Assembly: GCA_020047755.1 (NCBI GenBank)
Contig: JAIFNL010000003.1
Coordinates: forward strand, 1 to 55,167
Length of the DNA: 55,167 nt
Source of the DNA: Bacteroidota bacterium
GTDB taxonomy: Bacteria > Bacteroidota > Bacteroidia > Bacteroidales > JAIFNL01
Direction of reading: 5' to 3'
Both the position numbers and the translations under genes were made by a program. This document shows, piece by piece, positions 40,648 to 48,920 of the stretch (its first letter is position 1; each line of letters begins with the position of its first letter). The notes under the pieces are model-generated. The model saw nothing but the letters and a program-made list of their open reading frames with translations. It ran no database searches and was not told where the DNA came from.

Positions 40648-41821
40648 CCATGAACGCGCCAGGGTCGCCTTCGTCGCCGTTGCAAATAATATACTTGGTG
40701 TCGGAATTTATGTTTTTCACAATTTTCCATTTTGTGCCCGTCGGAAAACCTCCGCCTCCTCGTCCACGCAAGCCACTGTTATCAATAATTTCGATGATTT
40801 GCTCAGATGAATATTCGTTCAGGCATTTTTCAAAAGCTTTAAAACCACCCAAACGACGATATTCTTCTAAGTTAGTAGGGCTAATTTCACCTCTATATTC
40901 TGTTGCTATATTTATCTGACCATCAAGGAATTCCGAAACCGGAGTGTCGCGTTTGTTCGAAGCATAACGCCTTACTGATTTTGGCAAATCTTGGACTATT
41001 TTTTCCTCTAAAAAACTGAAAAAATTACTTTTAAAACGATGAAAAAGATTTTTCGATTTAAAATGCTTTCTTATAATTTGGTTTACTTCTTCTGGTTTTA
41101 TTTTAGAATAAAAAACGGGCAATTCGCCTTGTTTATGTACTTCTAAAAGAGGAACTTGATTGCAAATTCCTACGCAACCTACTTGTTTTACATCAACAGA
41201 TATTTTATTCTCAAAAAGAGTTCTTTCTAGCTCATTTTTAACATCTTGGCTGCCGCTCGCCACGCAACACGAGCCTAAACCCACGCGTACTTCACCTTGT
41301 GAATTTGCAACTGAATCGAAATTTGCTATTCGCTTTGCTTTGGGGTTGTTTTTTGCAGATAGAAAATCAGCTAAAATATTTGCTATTCCATCAGTTTCAA
41401 CGTGTCCATAAGTTGTATTATCTATTTGAATAACAGGCGCAATAGTGCAGCATCCAAGGCAAGCAACTTTGTCGAGTGTAAATAATTTTTCGGCATCTGT
41501 ATCTTCATTTTCAGCTATTTTCAATTCTCGTTTAAAAGCATCGTACACACGCATTGCTCCTTTTACATGACAGGCTGTGCCCACGCAAACCTTTATAATA
41601 TGCTCACCTACAGGCTTATGTCGAAATTGAGAATAAAAAGTAGAAATTCCATAAATTTGTGCCGGACTTATTTCTGTATTTTCGCAAACATATTCCAAAG
41701 CCTCTTGAGGCAAATAGTTAAATTCATGCTGAATAGCTTGTAAAATAGGAATAACTTTATTTTTAGTTTTCCCCTTTTCCTGAATTATTTTTTCTACTAT
41801 TTTTCTACTATTTTCCATCAT
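40595..41821 (-). CDS. N-terminal part of NuoE(HydC)-thioredoxin-like 2Fe-2S-NuoF(HydB) fusion; upstream fragment of a frameshifted gene
   Basis: STFYSQF, VCVGTACHVKG, ACLGCC; second 2Fe-2S domain GSCCVASG...GCVGIC; SGLRGRGGGGFPTG.KW and CNGDEGDPGAFMD, after which the frame is lost. Likely start ATG 41821. Confidence 0.88.
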   Translation of the reverse strand: MMENSRKIVEKIIQEKGKTKNKVIPILQAIQHEFNYLPQEALEYVCENTEISPAQIYGISTFYSQFRHKPVGEHIIKVCVGTACHVKGAMRVYDAFKRELKIAENEDTDAEKLFTLDKVACLGCCTIAPVIQIDNTTYGHVETDGIANILADFLSAKNNPKAKRIANFDSVANSQGEVRVGLGSCCVASGSQDVKNELERTLFENKISVDVKQVGCVGICNQVPLLEVHKQGELPVFYSKIKPEEVNQIIRKHFKSKNLFHRFKSNFFSFLEEKIVQDLPKSVRRYASNKRDTPVSEFLDGQINIATEYRGEISPTNLEEYRRLGGFKAFEKCLNEYSSEQIIEIIDNSGLRGRGGGGFPTGTKWKIVKNINSDTKYIICNGDEGDPGAFMDVDCSFCSWCNQRSFLY

Positions 41822-41893
41822 TTTATATAGAATATGTTCAATACTTATAATTCTAATTGCTTTTAATTTTTTTTGAAAAATCAAGAAAAATTG

Positions 41894-43669
41894 CTACTTT
41901 CCAATGCAATATAAATTTTCTTTGCCACGAATATAAATTCGACCATCAGCAAAGGCTGGCGTACAGGTTGAATTTTCGCCTAGTGGATTTGTTGCTATTA
42001 AATTGAACTTATCACTAGCAATAAAAATATGTGTATTACCCTTCATATCAATAAGATAAATGCTATTATTGACCAAAACAGGCGAGCCATAAAAGCCAGT
42101 AGAAAATTCATGTTCCCAAAGTTTTTTACCGTCTTTTGAACCATAGCAAGCTACTGCACCATAGCTAGTTATCAAAAAAAGATAGTCTTTGGTAGCTATT
42201 GGGCTTGGCACATCTGACATATATTCGTCGCTTTGCCAAAGAATTTCAGGAGTTTCGCCTAATTTTATTGCCGATAAATTTGCATACTCATTGGTTGCAA
42301 ACACCACGCCATCAGCATAAGCAGCTGATGGACCTACTTCACCAAAGATACAATCAATTTTCCAGTTTTCTTTTCCTGTGTAAGGGTTATAGGAGGCTAC
42401 ATAAGGGTCAGCAACTAGAATTACTTCCGTTTGTTTTCCGGTAGAAACTACAATGGGTGATGCCCATGAAATTTTTACTTTGCGTGGTGTGCTCCACACG
42501 GTCTTTCCTGTTAATATATTCAATGCCATTACTTTAGCTTCCGATTTTTGGTCATATTGCACAATTAATTTGTCTTGAAAAAGCATAAGCGACGACGAAT
42601 GCCCGTAATGATTGCCCATAACTCCTAAATTGCGAGCCCAAACGCGATTTCCTTCCATGTCAACAGCTACTACATCGCCATTTGAAAAAATAGCATATAC
42701 TCTCCGCCCATCAGTTGCCAGTGTGGGGGCAGCATGTCCGGTATCGGCAGTAACTTTAGGCGCTGATGAAGGCGAGCCTGCTACGTTTTTTACTTGATGA
42801 GTCCAAAGAAGTTTTCCGGTATTTCTATCAAAGCAATAAACTTCCCGTTTTGTTTCGTCAGCACCGCTTACAAAGAGTTTATCGCCCCAAATAATGGGCG
42901 AATTATAACCTTGCAAAGGTGTTTTAATTTTCCAAAGTATATTTTGTTTGCTTGTCCCATTCCATTTTGTGGGAACATTTTTCTTGTAAACCACCCCATT
43001 TCCGCCAATTCCTCTAAAAGTTGCATAATTTTCGGCTACCTCTTTTGCTGTTGGAAACGGAGTTTGCTCAATCGCTAGCGAATCAATATTTTTTAATGTA
43101 TCAGAAAGTTCTTCTGCTGCTAATTCTTCGTTTTCATTTACCTGGTTATTTTCTGCTGAAAGAGAATCAGAAGGCAGGCTATCGTTTGCTATATTTTGCA
43201 CAAAAGTATTTTCTAACTGCTTGTGCGACAGAAATGCAGAGATTAAAGCCAGCATTACAAGGCTTAAACCACCAAAAATGAGCCATTTGCGAGCTTTTGC
43301 TTGAGCAAAAAATGCTTCATCTTTTTCAAGATATTCTACTTCGCGCTTTCCCGAAAGTAAAATTTGCATAGCTATAACAAACAGAGCCACAGCTGCTAAC
43401 AACAAATACCCACCCATGCGAATTTGCCACTGACTTGTAAAATAAGCTTTTCGCGAAAGCAAATCTATGCTGCGAATCTCCTCGCGAAGTGCCTCATTGT
43501 TTGGGTCTTCATTGAGCCTTTGCATTAAATTTTCAATTATTTTTGCATTTACAGGATCAAGTTGCGAATACTGTATGTAATTAACTATGAGTAAAATAGC
43601 TATAAAAACAGCGAAAAATGCTGTTCCATAAGCTATTTTTTTCCAAAGTTCGTTGTTTTTTGAATTCAT
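41894..43669 (-). CDS. Membrane-anchored (about 3 TM) BamB/PQQ-like beta-propeller protein
   Basis: Three hydrophobic segments, acidic linker, TFRGIGGNG, then repeated TGK.LW and SP blades. Confidence 0.88.
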   Translation of the reverse strand: MNSKNNELWKKIAYGTAFFAVFIAILLIVNYIQYSQLDPVNAKIIENLMQRLNEDPNNEALREEIRSIDLLSRKAYFTSQWQIRMGGYLLLAAVALFVIAMQILLSGKREVEYLEKDEAFFAQAKARKWLIFGGLSLVMLALISAFLSHKQLENTFVQNIANDSLPSDSLSAENNQVNENEELAAEELSDTLKNIDSLAIEQTPFPTAKEVAENYATFRGIGGNGVVYKKNVPTKWNGTSKQNILWKIKTPLQGYNSPIIWGDKLFVSGADETKREVYCFDRNTGKLLWTHQVKNVAGSPSSAPKVTADTGHAAPTLATDGRRVYAIFSNGDVVAVDMEGNRVWARNLGVMGNHYGHSSSLMLFQDKLIVQYDQKSEAKVMALNILTGKTVWSTPRKVKISWASPIVVSTGKQTEVILVADPYVASYNPYTGKENWKIDCIFGEVGPSAAYADGVVFATNEYANLSAIKLGETPEILWQSDEYMSDVPSPIATKDYLFLITSYGAVACYGSKDGKKLWEHEFSTGFYGSPVLVNNSIYLIDMKGNTHIFIASDKFNLIATNPLGENSTCTPAFADGRIYIRGKENLYCIGK

Positions 43670-43699
43670 TTTAAAAATATTTTGTATTTTATTTTACTG

Positions 43700-44365
43700 C
43701 TATTCTTTTTCATTTTTTATTGTTATTGGGCAAAAATCCATGCACCTTCCACAGCTAAAACACTCGCCCTTATTGGGTGTATAATCTGTTCGATAACGAT
43801 AAATGGACAAGCCTGCAAGCATTAGTCCAAAAACTAAACCCATAAAACCGCCTACAAGCATTCCGCCCATTTTAAACTCTTCAATTTTATCAGCAGCTTC
43901 TTTGAAAAGCTCTTTTTCTGTTTTGCCCGAAGCTTTAAAACCTTCTACATCTACGTTTTCGGGTAAATTTTCGGGATTTTCTTTTGCTATTTTATTATAC
44001 CTGAAAACTTCTTGAGCTAATTGTACTTTTGGGTTTACTTTTGCTAAAGTTTCATTCATTTGCCTTCCTACATATCCACCTACAAAAATTAATGCCGGAA
44101 TAATTAATGCTAAAATTAAAAATTTACGTGCAAGCACTGTTTTATCTTCCTTAATATTAAGCTTTTCTGGCTTGTCAATTGCTCCAAACGGACATGAATT
44201 TTCGCACAAGCGACATTGTATGCAAGTAGTAGGCGTTATTTGCATGTGATATTTTGAAAAGCGGCTAAACCAGTTCAATATCACGCCGTAAGGGCAGAAA
44301 AAACGGCAATAAGGGCGAGCAATAAACATACCGGCAACAAGAAAAATAGCACCAATTATAAACAT
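43700..44365 (-). CDS. NapH/MauN-like membrane 4Fe-4S protein, C-terminal fragment
   Basis: RPYCRFFCPYG, CIQCRLCENSCP, two more TMs and terminal CFSCGRCMDFCP. The frame is open upstream as RLDAKFY to 44386. Confidence 0.8.
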   Translation of the reverse strand: MFIIGAIFLVAGMFIARPYCRFFCPYGVILNWFSRFSKYHMQITPTTCIQCRLCENSCPFGAIDKPEKLNIKEDKTVLARKFLILALIIPALIFVGGYVGRQMNETLAKVNPKVQLAQEVFRYNKIAKENPENLPENVDVEGFKASGKTEKELFKEAADKIEEFKMGGMLVGGFMGLVFGLMLAGLSIYRYRTDYTPNKGECFSCGRCMDFCPITIKNEKE

Positions 44366-44946
44366 ATAAAATTTTGCATCGAGCCTTCACTTTCCGTAGC
44401 CGCGTAAAGTACAGCTAAAGCCAAGTAAATATAAGGAATTACACGCAAAAGAGCTTGTGTCCATTTTTTTAACTCAATGGGCTTAAAAATTACTAAATCT
44501 TGAATTGCTCCCAAAGGACAAACGCCAGCACAAAAAGTTCTTCCGTAAAAAAGCGTATAAATTAAAGGCAAAATAAAAAACAAAACGGCTGTTAAAGGAA
44601 TAGAATAATTGGGATTGAAAAGGGCTAATGTGATATTTTGAATTGCTCCAATAGAACAAACGCAACCTTCGCGATAAAAGCCAAAATATAAAAGTGAAAA
44701 TATTGATAACCAAAATATTCCACGCCTAGAGCGTTTTTTCACAACCAGATATGATGCTAAAGAAAGAGCTGCTAAAAGAACAAAAACATCGAGGTATTCT
44801 AATGCTAAAATACGTGTAGGTGATTGATGCAAAGGAGGTTGTGTATGCCCACTTTCAAATTCCGGCTTAGGAAAACGCTGCGCAAAAGCGATTGTTGTTT
44901 GTAGCAAATTTATTGCTAAAAATATAATTAAAATAAGTTTTTTCAT
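44356..44946 (-). CDS. NapH/MauN-like membrane 4Fe-4S protein, N-terminal fragment
   Basis: Signal peptide, TMs, GCVCSIGAIQ and GRTFCAGVCPLGAIQD (CxxxCP); the frame is lost after LYAATES. Confidence 0.8.
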   Translation of the reverse strand: MKKLILIIFLAINLLQTTIAFAQRFPKPEFESGHTQPPLHQSPTRILALEYLDVFVLLAALSLASYLVVKKRSRRGIFWLSIFSLLYFGFYREGCVCSIGAIQNITLALFNPNYSIPLTAVLFFILPLIYTLFYGRTFCAGVCPLGAIQDLVIFKPIELKKWTQALLRVIPYIYLALAVLYAATESEGSMQNFICL

Positions 44947-44969
44947 TTATTTATATATAATCTATTTTT

Positions 44970-45545
44970 TTAACTAAAGTCAGCTCCTTCTCCGCTAAAA
45001 CCTTTGAAAATATTGGGCTTGCTTGCAGGAACTCTTGAGTAAGCATCTGCTGGACAGTCAATTGCAATGGCACATTGATTGCAATTCACACAAATATCAT
45101 GTCGCACTTGCAACTGCAACGAGCCATTGCCAAAAGCATCGCAACCAGCTACGCATTTTCCGCAGCCAATGCACAATTCTTCGTCAATGTTATATTCAAA
45201 AAATGGGTCTTCTACATAAGTTCGTTTAATTGCATTGGTCGGACAAAGCTGATTTTCAGCAGCTGTGGTAAGATTTTTTGTTTCGGGCTTAAAATAGCCG
45301 CCGCACAAATCGCAATAGCCGCACATGTCGTGTACGTGTACAACTTTTACAGCAGAAGGTGTTAAAACACAAGAAGTTACACATCTTCCGCATTGTGTGC
45401 ATTTTGCAGGATCGAGCTGCCATACCAAATCATCGGAAAGCACATTTTTTAACAAAGCACCACCTAAACCTACTAAGCTCAAGGCTAAAGAAAAACGGAC
45501 ACCTTTGTTAATAAATTCTCGTCTATCTATTTTATCATTTGCCAT
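44970..45545 (-). CDS. Twin-arginine-signal polyferredoxin (NapG/MauM-like)
   Basis: DRREFI plus hydrophobic stretch; CTQCGRCVTSC, CGYCDLC...LCP, CIGCGKCVAGC and CVNCNQC..DCP. Confidence 0.82.
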   Translation of the reverse strand: MANDKIDRREFINKGVRFSLALSLVGLGGALLKNVLSDDLVWQLDPAKCTQCGRCVTSCVLTPSAVKVVHVHDMCGYCDLCGGYFKPETKNLTTAAENQLCPTNAIKRTYVEDPFFEYNIDEELCIGCGKCVAGCDAFGNGSLQLQVRHDICVNCNQCAIAIDCPADAYSRVPASKPNIFKGFSGEGADFS

Positions 45546-45579
45546 AAATTTATATTAGTAAATTATAAGTATAAAAAAA

Positions 45580-45780
45580 TTATAATTTTATATTGTTTTT
45601 TCTAAAAGAATTTGCTTGTTCTAAATTGCATGATTTATTTATTTTGCAATTTTTACAAACAAAATCTAAGTCGCAAGCTTCATTGTTTTCATCTTTTAAA
45701 ATCAAAAATCCAGCAAGTGCTGCCAAAACAGAAAATAAGCTGTAACGCATTATTTTTTCAAAAAACTCTCGTCTATTCAT
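45580..45780 (-). CDS. Small twin-arginine, membrane-anchored 4-Cys protein
   Basis: MNRREFF, hydrophobic helix and C-x5-C-x2-C-x5-C; 66 aa, in operon orientation. Confidence 0.75.
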   Translation of the reverse strand: MNRREFFEKIMRYSLFSVLAALAGFLILKDENNEACDLDFVCKNCKINKSCNLEQANSFRKNNIKL

Positions 45781-45846
45781 GCTTAAAAAAATTATAAATC
45801 AATTAGTTGTAACTTTTTTAAAATAACTTCAATGCAATTATTATTA

Positions 45847-46797
45847 TTATTCAAAGATTAAAATTTTCCTTTTTTTCGTGTCAAGTGCAAAGATTCTATC
45901 TTTTGAATCAATCGCTAAATCTATACCTTTTGTTCCTTTTTCAAAAAAATTACTTCCTGCTACAAGGCATTTAAAATCACCATTTGGCGAATGAATTTTT
46001 ATTCTTTCCAGCCCTTTTTCGCTAGTAACAAAATCGCCGTTTGAAAGCATTGCAATGTGCGATGGATTGCAGCAACCGCTAAAACCATCTAAGCCCATTG
46101 ATGTTTTTTTCCATGTAGAAAAAACCTCGCCATGCTCATCAAAGGCAGTAAATTCGTGCCTTCCAGTGTTTACTGCCCAAAGCTGTCCTTCACGACCTTT
46201 GCAAATATCAAAGTATGGGCTTGGAATAATAAAACCGTGAAACTTTTCTGTTTTCTTTCCAATTTCTTGTAACATATTGCCATTAAAGTCAAGTTTATAA
46301 ATCAATTTATTTCCCGCATCGGCAACTAAAATAGTTTCTTGTTCCAAAAGAATACTGGTAAAATGTGTTTTTTTCGGAAAGTTAGAAAAAGTTTTTAGCA
46401 ATTTTCCTTTTTTTGTAAAAATTTCAATCCTATTTTTGTAAGCAATAAAAATGCTATCTTCTTGATTAACTGCTATTGAACTTATATTACTTGAAACTTT
46501 AATTTCATATTTTTTTTTACCTGTTGTTTCAAAAATAGCTAAAAATTTATTTCCGCCTACATAAAGTTCGTCTTTGGGTGAAATGCAAATTGTGAAAGCA
46601 CTATCGTAATTTAATTGAATTTCAGAGTTTTGTGAGAAGCATAATTTTGTTGTATCAATCTGTTTATATTTATCAATATTAAATTTATAGCTATTTATTT
46701 TTTCTTTTTCTGAGAAAAACAAATCAAATAGCATAAAAACTAAAACAAGAAGCAATAAAATTGTTGCAAAAGAGACTATAATTTTATTTTGTTTCAT
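45847..46797 (-). CDS. Membrane-anchored NHL-repeat beta-propeller with GCCNP motif
   Basis: N-terminal TM; NHL-like LVADAGN and DLAIDSKDRIFALD; FIIPSPYFD and FSGCCNPSH. Likely start ATG 46797. Confidence 0.8.
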   Translation of the reverse strand: MKQNKIIVSFATILLLLVLVFMLFDLFFSEKEKINSYKFNIDKYKQIDTTKLCFSQNSEIQLNYDSAFTICISPKDELYVGGNKFLAIFETTGKKKYEIKVSSNISSIAVNQEDSIFIAYKNRIEIFTKKGKLLKTFSNFPKKTHFTSILLEQETILVADAGNKLIYKLDFNGNMLQEIGKKTEKFHGFIIPSPYFDICKGREGQLWAVNTGRHEFTAFDEHGEVFSTWKKTSMGLDGFSGCCNPSHIAMLSNGDFVTSEKGLERIKIHSPNGDFKCLVAGSNFFEKGTKGIDLAIDSKDRIFALDTKKRKILIFE

Positions 46798-46825
46798 TAT
46801 TTTATAATTCAAAATTGATAATTAA

Positions 46826-47368
46826 TTATTTTATTTTTCTAATTGTTTTATTGTCGCCATTGATTCGTATTTTATCGAAATTCACATTTTCAGCATTCCA
46901 GATTTGATAAGTAAGTCCGACACAGCAATTACAATCGCAATAACTGCCATAAGGAATGTATTTTAAATCAATGAGTTCGCCTATTAATTCTAGCTCGCAT
47001 AAAAAGTCGAAACAACAGTTTTCTACAATTTGCAATTCTACAAAAAATAAGCTGTCTTGTTTGTAAAAACTAATATCAGAAACTCCTGTTTTTGTAAGTT
47101 TCTCGTAATCACCAGATTCTTTGCATTTTGTTAATTGAACTTTTTGCAAAAATAGCCCTTCAAAGGCAGCTTTTATTGTACTGCGTGTTTGTAAAACAGT
47201 TGTTCCGGCTAAAACGGACATGTTAAAATTGTTTGATTGATAGAGAATTGTATCAATTGTTTCGTAGCCTGAATTGGAATAATTTATGTGTAAGGTATCA
47301 TATTCTTGCGCAAAAAAATTTGCGGTAGAAAAAATTAAAATAAAATATAAAAAAATAGTTTTTTTCAT
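46826..47368 (-). CDS. Exported Cys-rich hypothetical protein
   Basis: Signal peptide ending FA-Q; ENCCFDFLC and YCDCNCC. Likely start ATG 47368. Confidence 0.7.
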   Translation of the reverse strand: MKKTIFLYFILIFSTANFFAQEYDTLHINYSNSGYETIDTILYQSNNFNMSVLAGTTVLQTRSTIKAAFEGLFLQKVQLTKCKESGDYEKLTKTGVSDISFYKQDSLFFVELQIVENCCFDFLCELELIGELIDLKYIPYGSYCDCNCCVGLTYQIWNAENVNFDKIRINGDNKTIRKIK

Positions 47369-47406
47369 AAATAATATTTTCAATGATAAAATTTTACACT
47401 ATTAAA

Positions 47407-48834
47407 TTATTTTTTTTCTATATCAATGCAAATCATAGTTTTGGAATCGCGCAAAACCATTTTTCCGTTGGCAATAGCCAAAGGAGCCCAAGCATCGTGT
47501 CCTTCAAGCACTTGCGCTTGGTCTAATACTTGAAAACTCGATGTTGATAGTTTTGCAATAGTCAACATGCCATCATCGTTGAGTATGAAGAATTTATCGT
47601 CGGCAATAATGTAAGGTCCTAAGCCAAAGCGATATTCTTTGCCACTTGTCCAGAGCAAATTTTCGACATCTGATTGTTTGCAACAAACAAATTGGTTGCG
47701 CAAAGCACCTGCATCTTTGGGTAAAATACCGAAAATGAAGCCTTTATAAAATATTGGTGTTTGTTGCTCTGATGCCAAACCATCTTTAGGTTTGAAATCT
47801 TGTAATATACTGACAGTGAATTTATTGCCATTTGCTTTCAATTTAAACAAAATAGAACCAGCTCCATAACCTGCTGTCATAAAAATTTTTCCGTTTTCTA
47901 GCACTAATGGCGAAGGAGCGACCACTGAGGGCGCAAAATCTTTTAAACTCCAAAGAATTTCGCCTACATTGTCCCCGTCGGCTGCAACTCCAATAATTCC
48001 GCCTACTGCAGCGTACACATACATTTTTCGTCCACCCAAAAACATTGGCATAATAGACGAATGTGACATTTTGAAATTATCAGGGTTCGGCGTTTTCCAA
48101 ATTACGTTTCCTGTTTTGCAATCTACTCCTATTAAAAGAGAAGTTCCTGAAGGTGCAAAAATGGCTATATTGTTCTCAATAATAGGGCATTGACCTGTGT
48201 ACCAAAATGGAATTTCGCTTTTAAATTCTTTTACTAAATCAATACCCCAAAGCAAATCACCATTGTGTGGATTTGAGCACATTGCGTGCCCTTTTGGTCC
48301 TAGCGTAACTATGAAACTATCAGTAATTGCTGGCGTTGTACGCGACATTCCATGATTTCGTTTCACGTGATTTTTGTACGAACGCTTCCAAATTTCTTTG
48401 CCGTCGATTAATGAAAAGCATCGCAGCGCATCAGATTTTTTAGTTTCTTCATAATCAAGAATATATACTTTCCCATTGTAAATGACAGGAGCCGAATGAC
48501 CTTCGCCTAATTTGTGTTTCCAAAGTATTTTTGCTCCATTTTCTGGAAATTTATCAATTAATTTGACTGTTTCTTTGTTTTGATTATCGAAATCTGCCCC
48601 TCTAAAACGTGTCCATTTTCCTGTTAAATTTGACGAAAACTCTTCATACTTCTCAAATTTTTCGCCTATTTTAACTACTTCTTTTGTTAATGATGAACTA
48701 TCTGGTCTGTTATCCATTCCTGGTAAACTTTTCTGAAAATCGCTTACCGGATTGTAAAACCACCAAAAAAGAGTAGTACTAAATGCAAGTAAAATGAGAA
48801 TAAATAGTATATTTTTATGTGAAAAAAAAGTCAT
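47407..48834 (-). CDS. Membrane-anchored BamB/PQQ-like beta-propeller protein
   Basis: N-terminal TM, WTRFRG, GEGHSAP, RNHGMSRTTP, repeated G.I.W blades and terminal WAP. Confidence 0.88.
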   Translation of the reverse strand: MTFFSHKNILFILILLAFSTTLFWWFYNPVSDFQKSLPGMDNRPDSSSLTKEVVKIGEKFEKYEEFSSNLTGKWTRFRGADFDNQNKETVKLIDKFPENGAKILWKHKLGEGHSAPVIYNGKVYILDYEETKKSDALRCFSLIDGKEIWKRSYKNHVKRNHGMSRTTPAITDSFIVTLGPKGHAMCSNPHNGDLLWGIDLVKEFKSEIPFWYTGQCPIIENNIAIFAPSGTSLLIGVDCKTGNVIWKTPNPDNFKMSHSSIMPMFLGGRKMYVYAAVGGIIGVAADGDNVGEILWSLKDFAPSVVAPSPLVLENGKIFMTAGYGAGSILFKLKANGNKFTVSILQDFKPKDGLASEQQTPIFYKGFIFGILPKDAGALRNQFVCCKQSDVENLLWTSGKEYRFGLGPYIIADDKFFILNDDGMLTIAKLSTSSFQVLDQAQVLEGHDAWAPLAIANGKMVLRDSKTMICIDIEKK

Positions 48835-48920
48835 ATTCTATTTTTTTACTACAAAAAATAATCTTCTGATTTTAAAATATAATATTAAAAAAATCAGGTA
48901 ATTATTCTAAACTAAAGAAA

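Noticed and set aside
40595-40655. Programmed ribosomal frameshift joining the NuoEF fragments
   Set aside because: A frameshift alone would not restore the missing conserved residues, and no slippery sequence is evident.
39568-41821. Respiratory complex I (nuoEF) operon
   Set aside because: No other nuo subunits are in the window, and the extra Fe-S domains fit HydBC-type proteins, so nuo symbols were not assigned.
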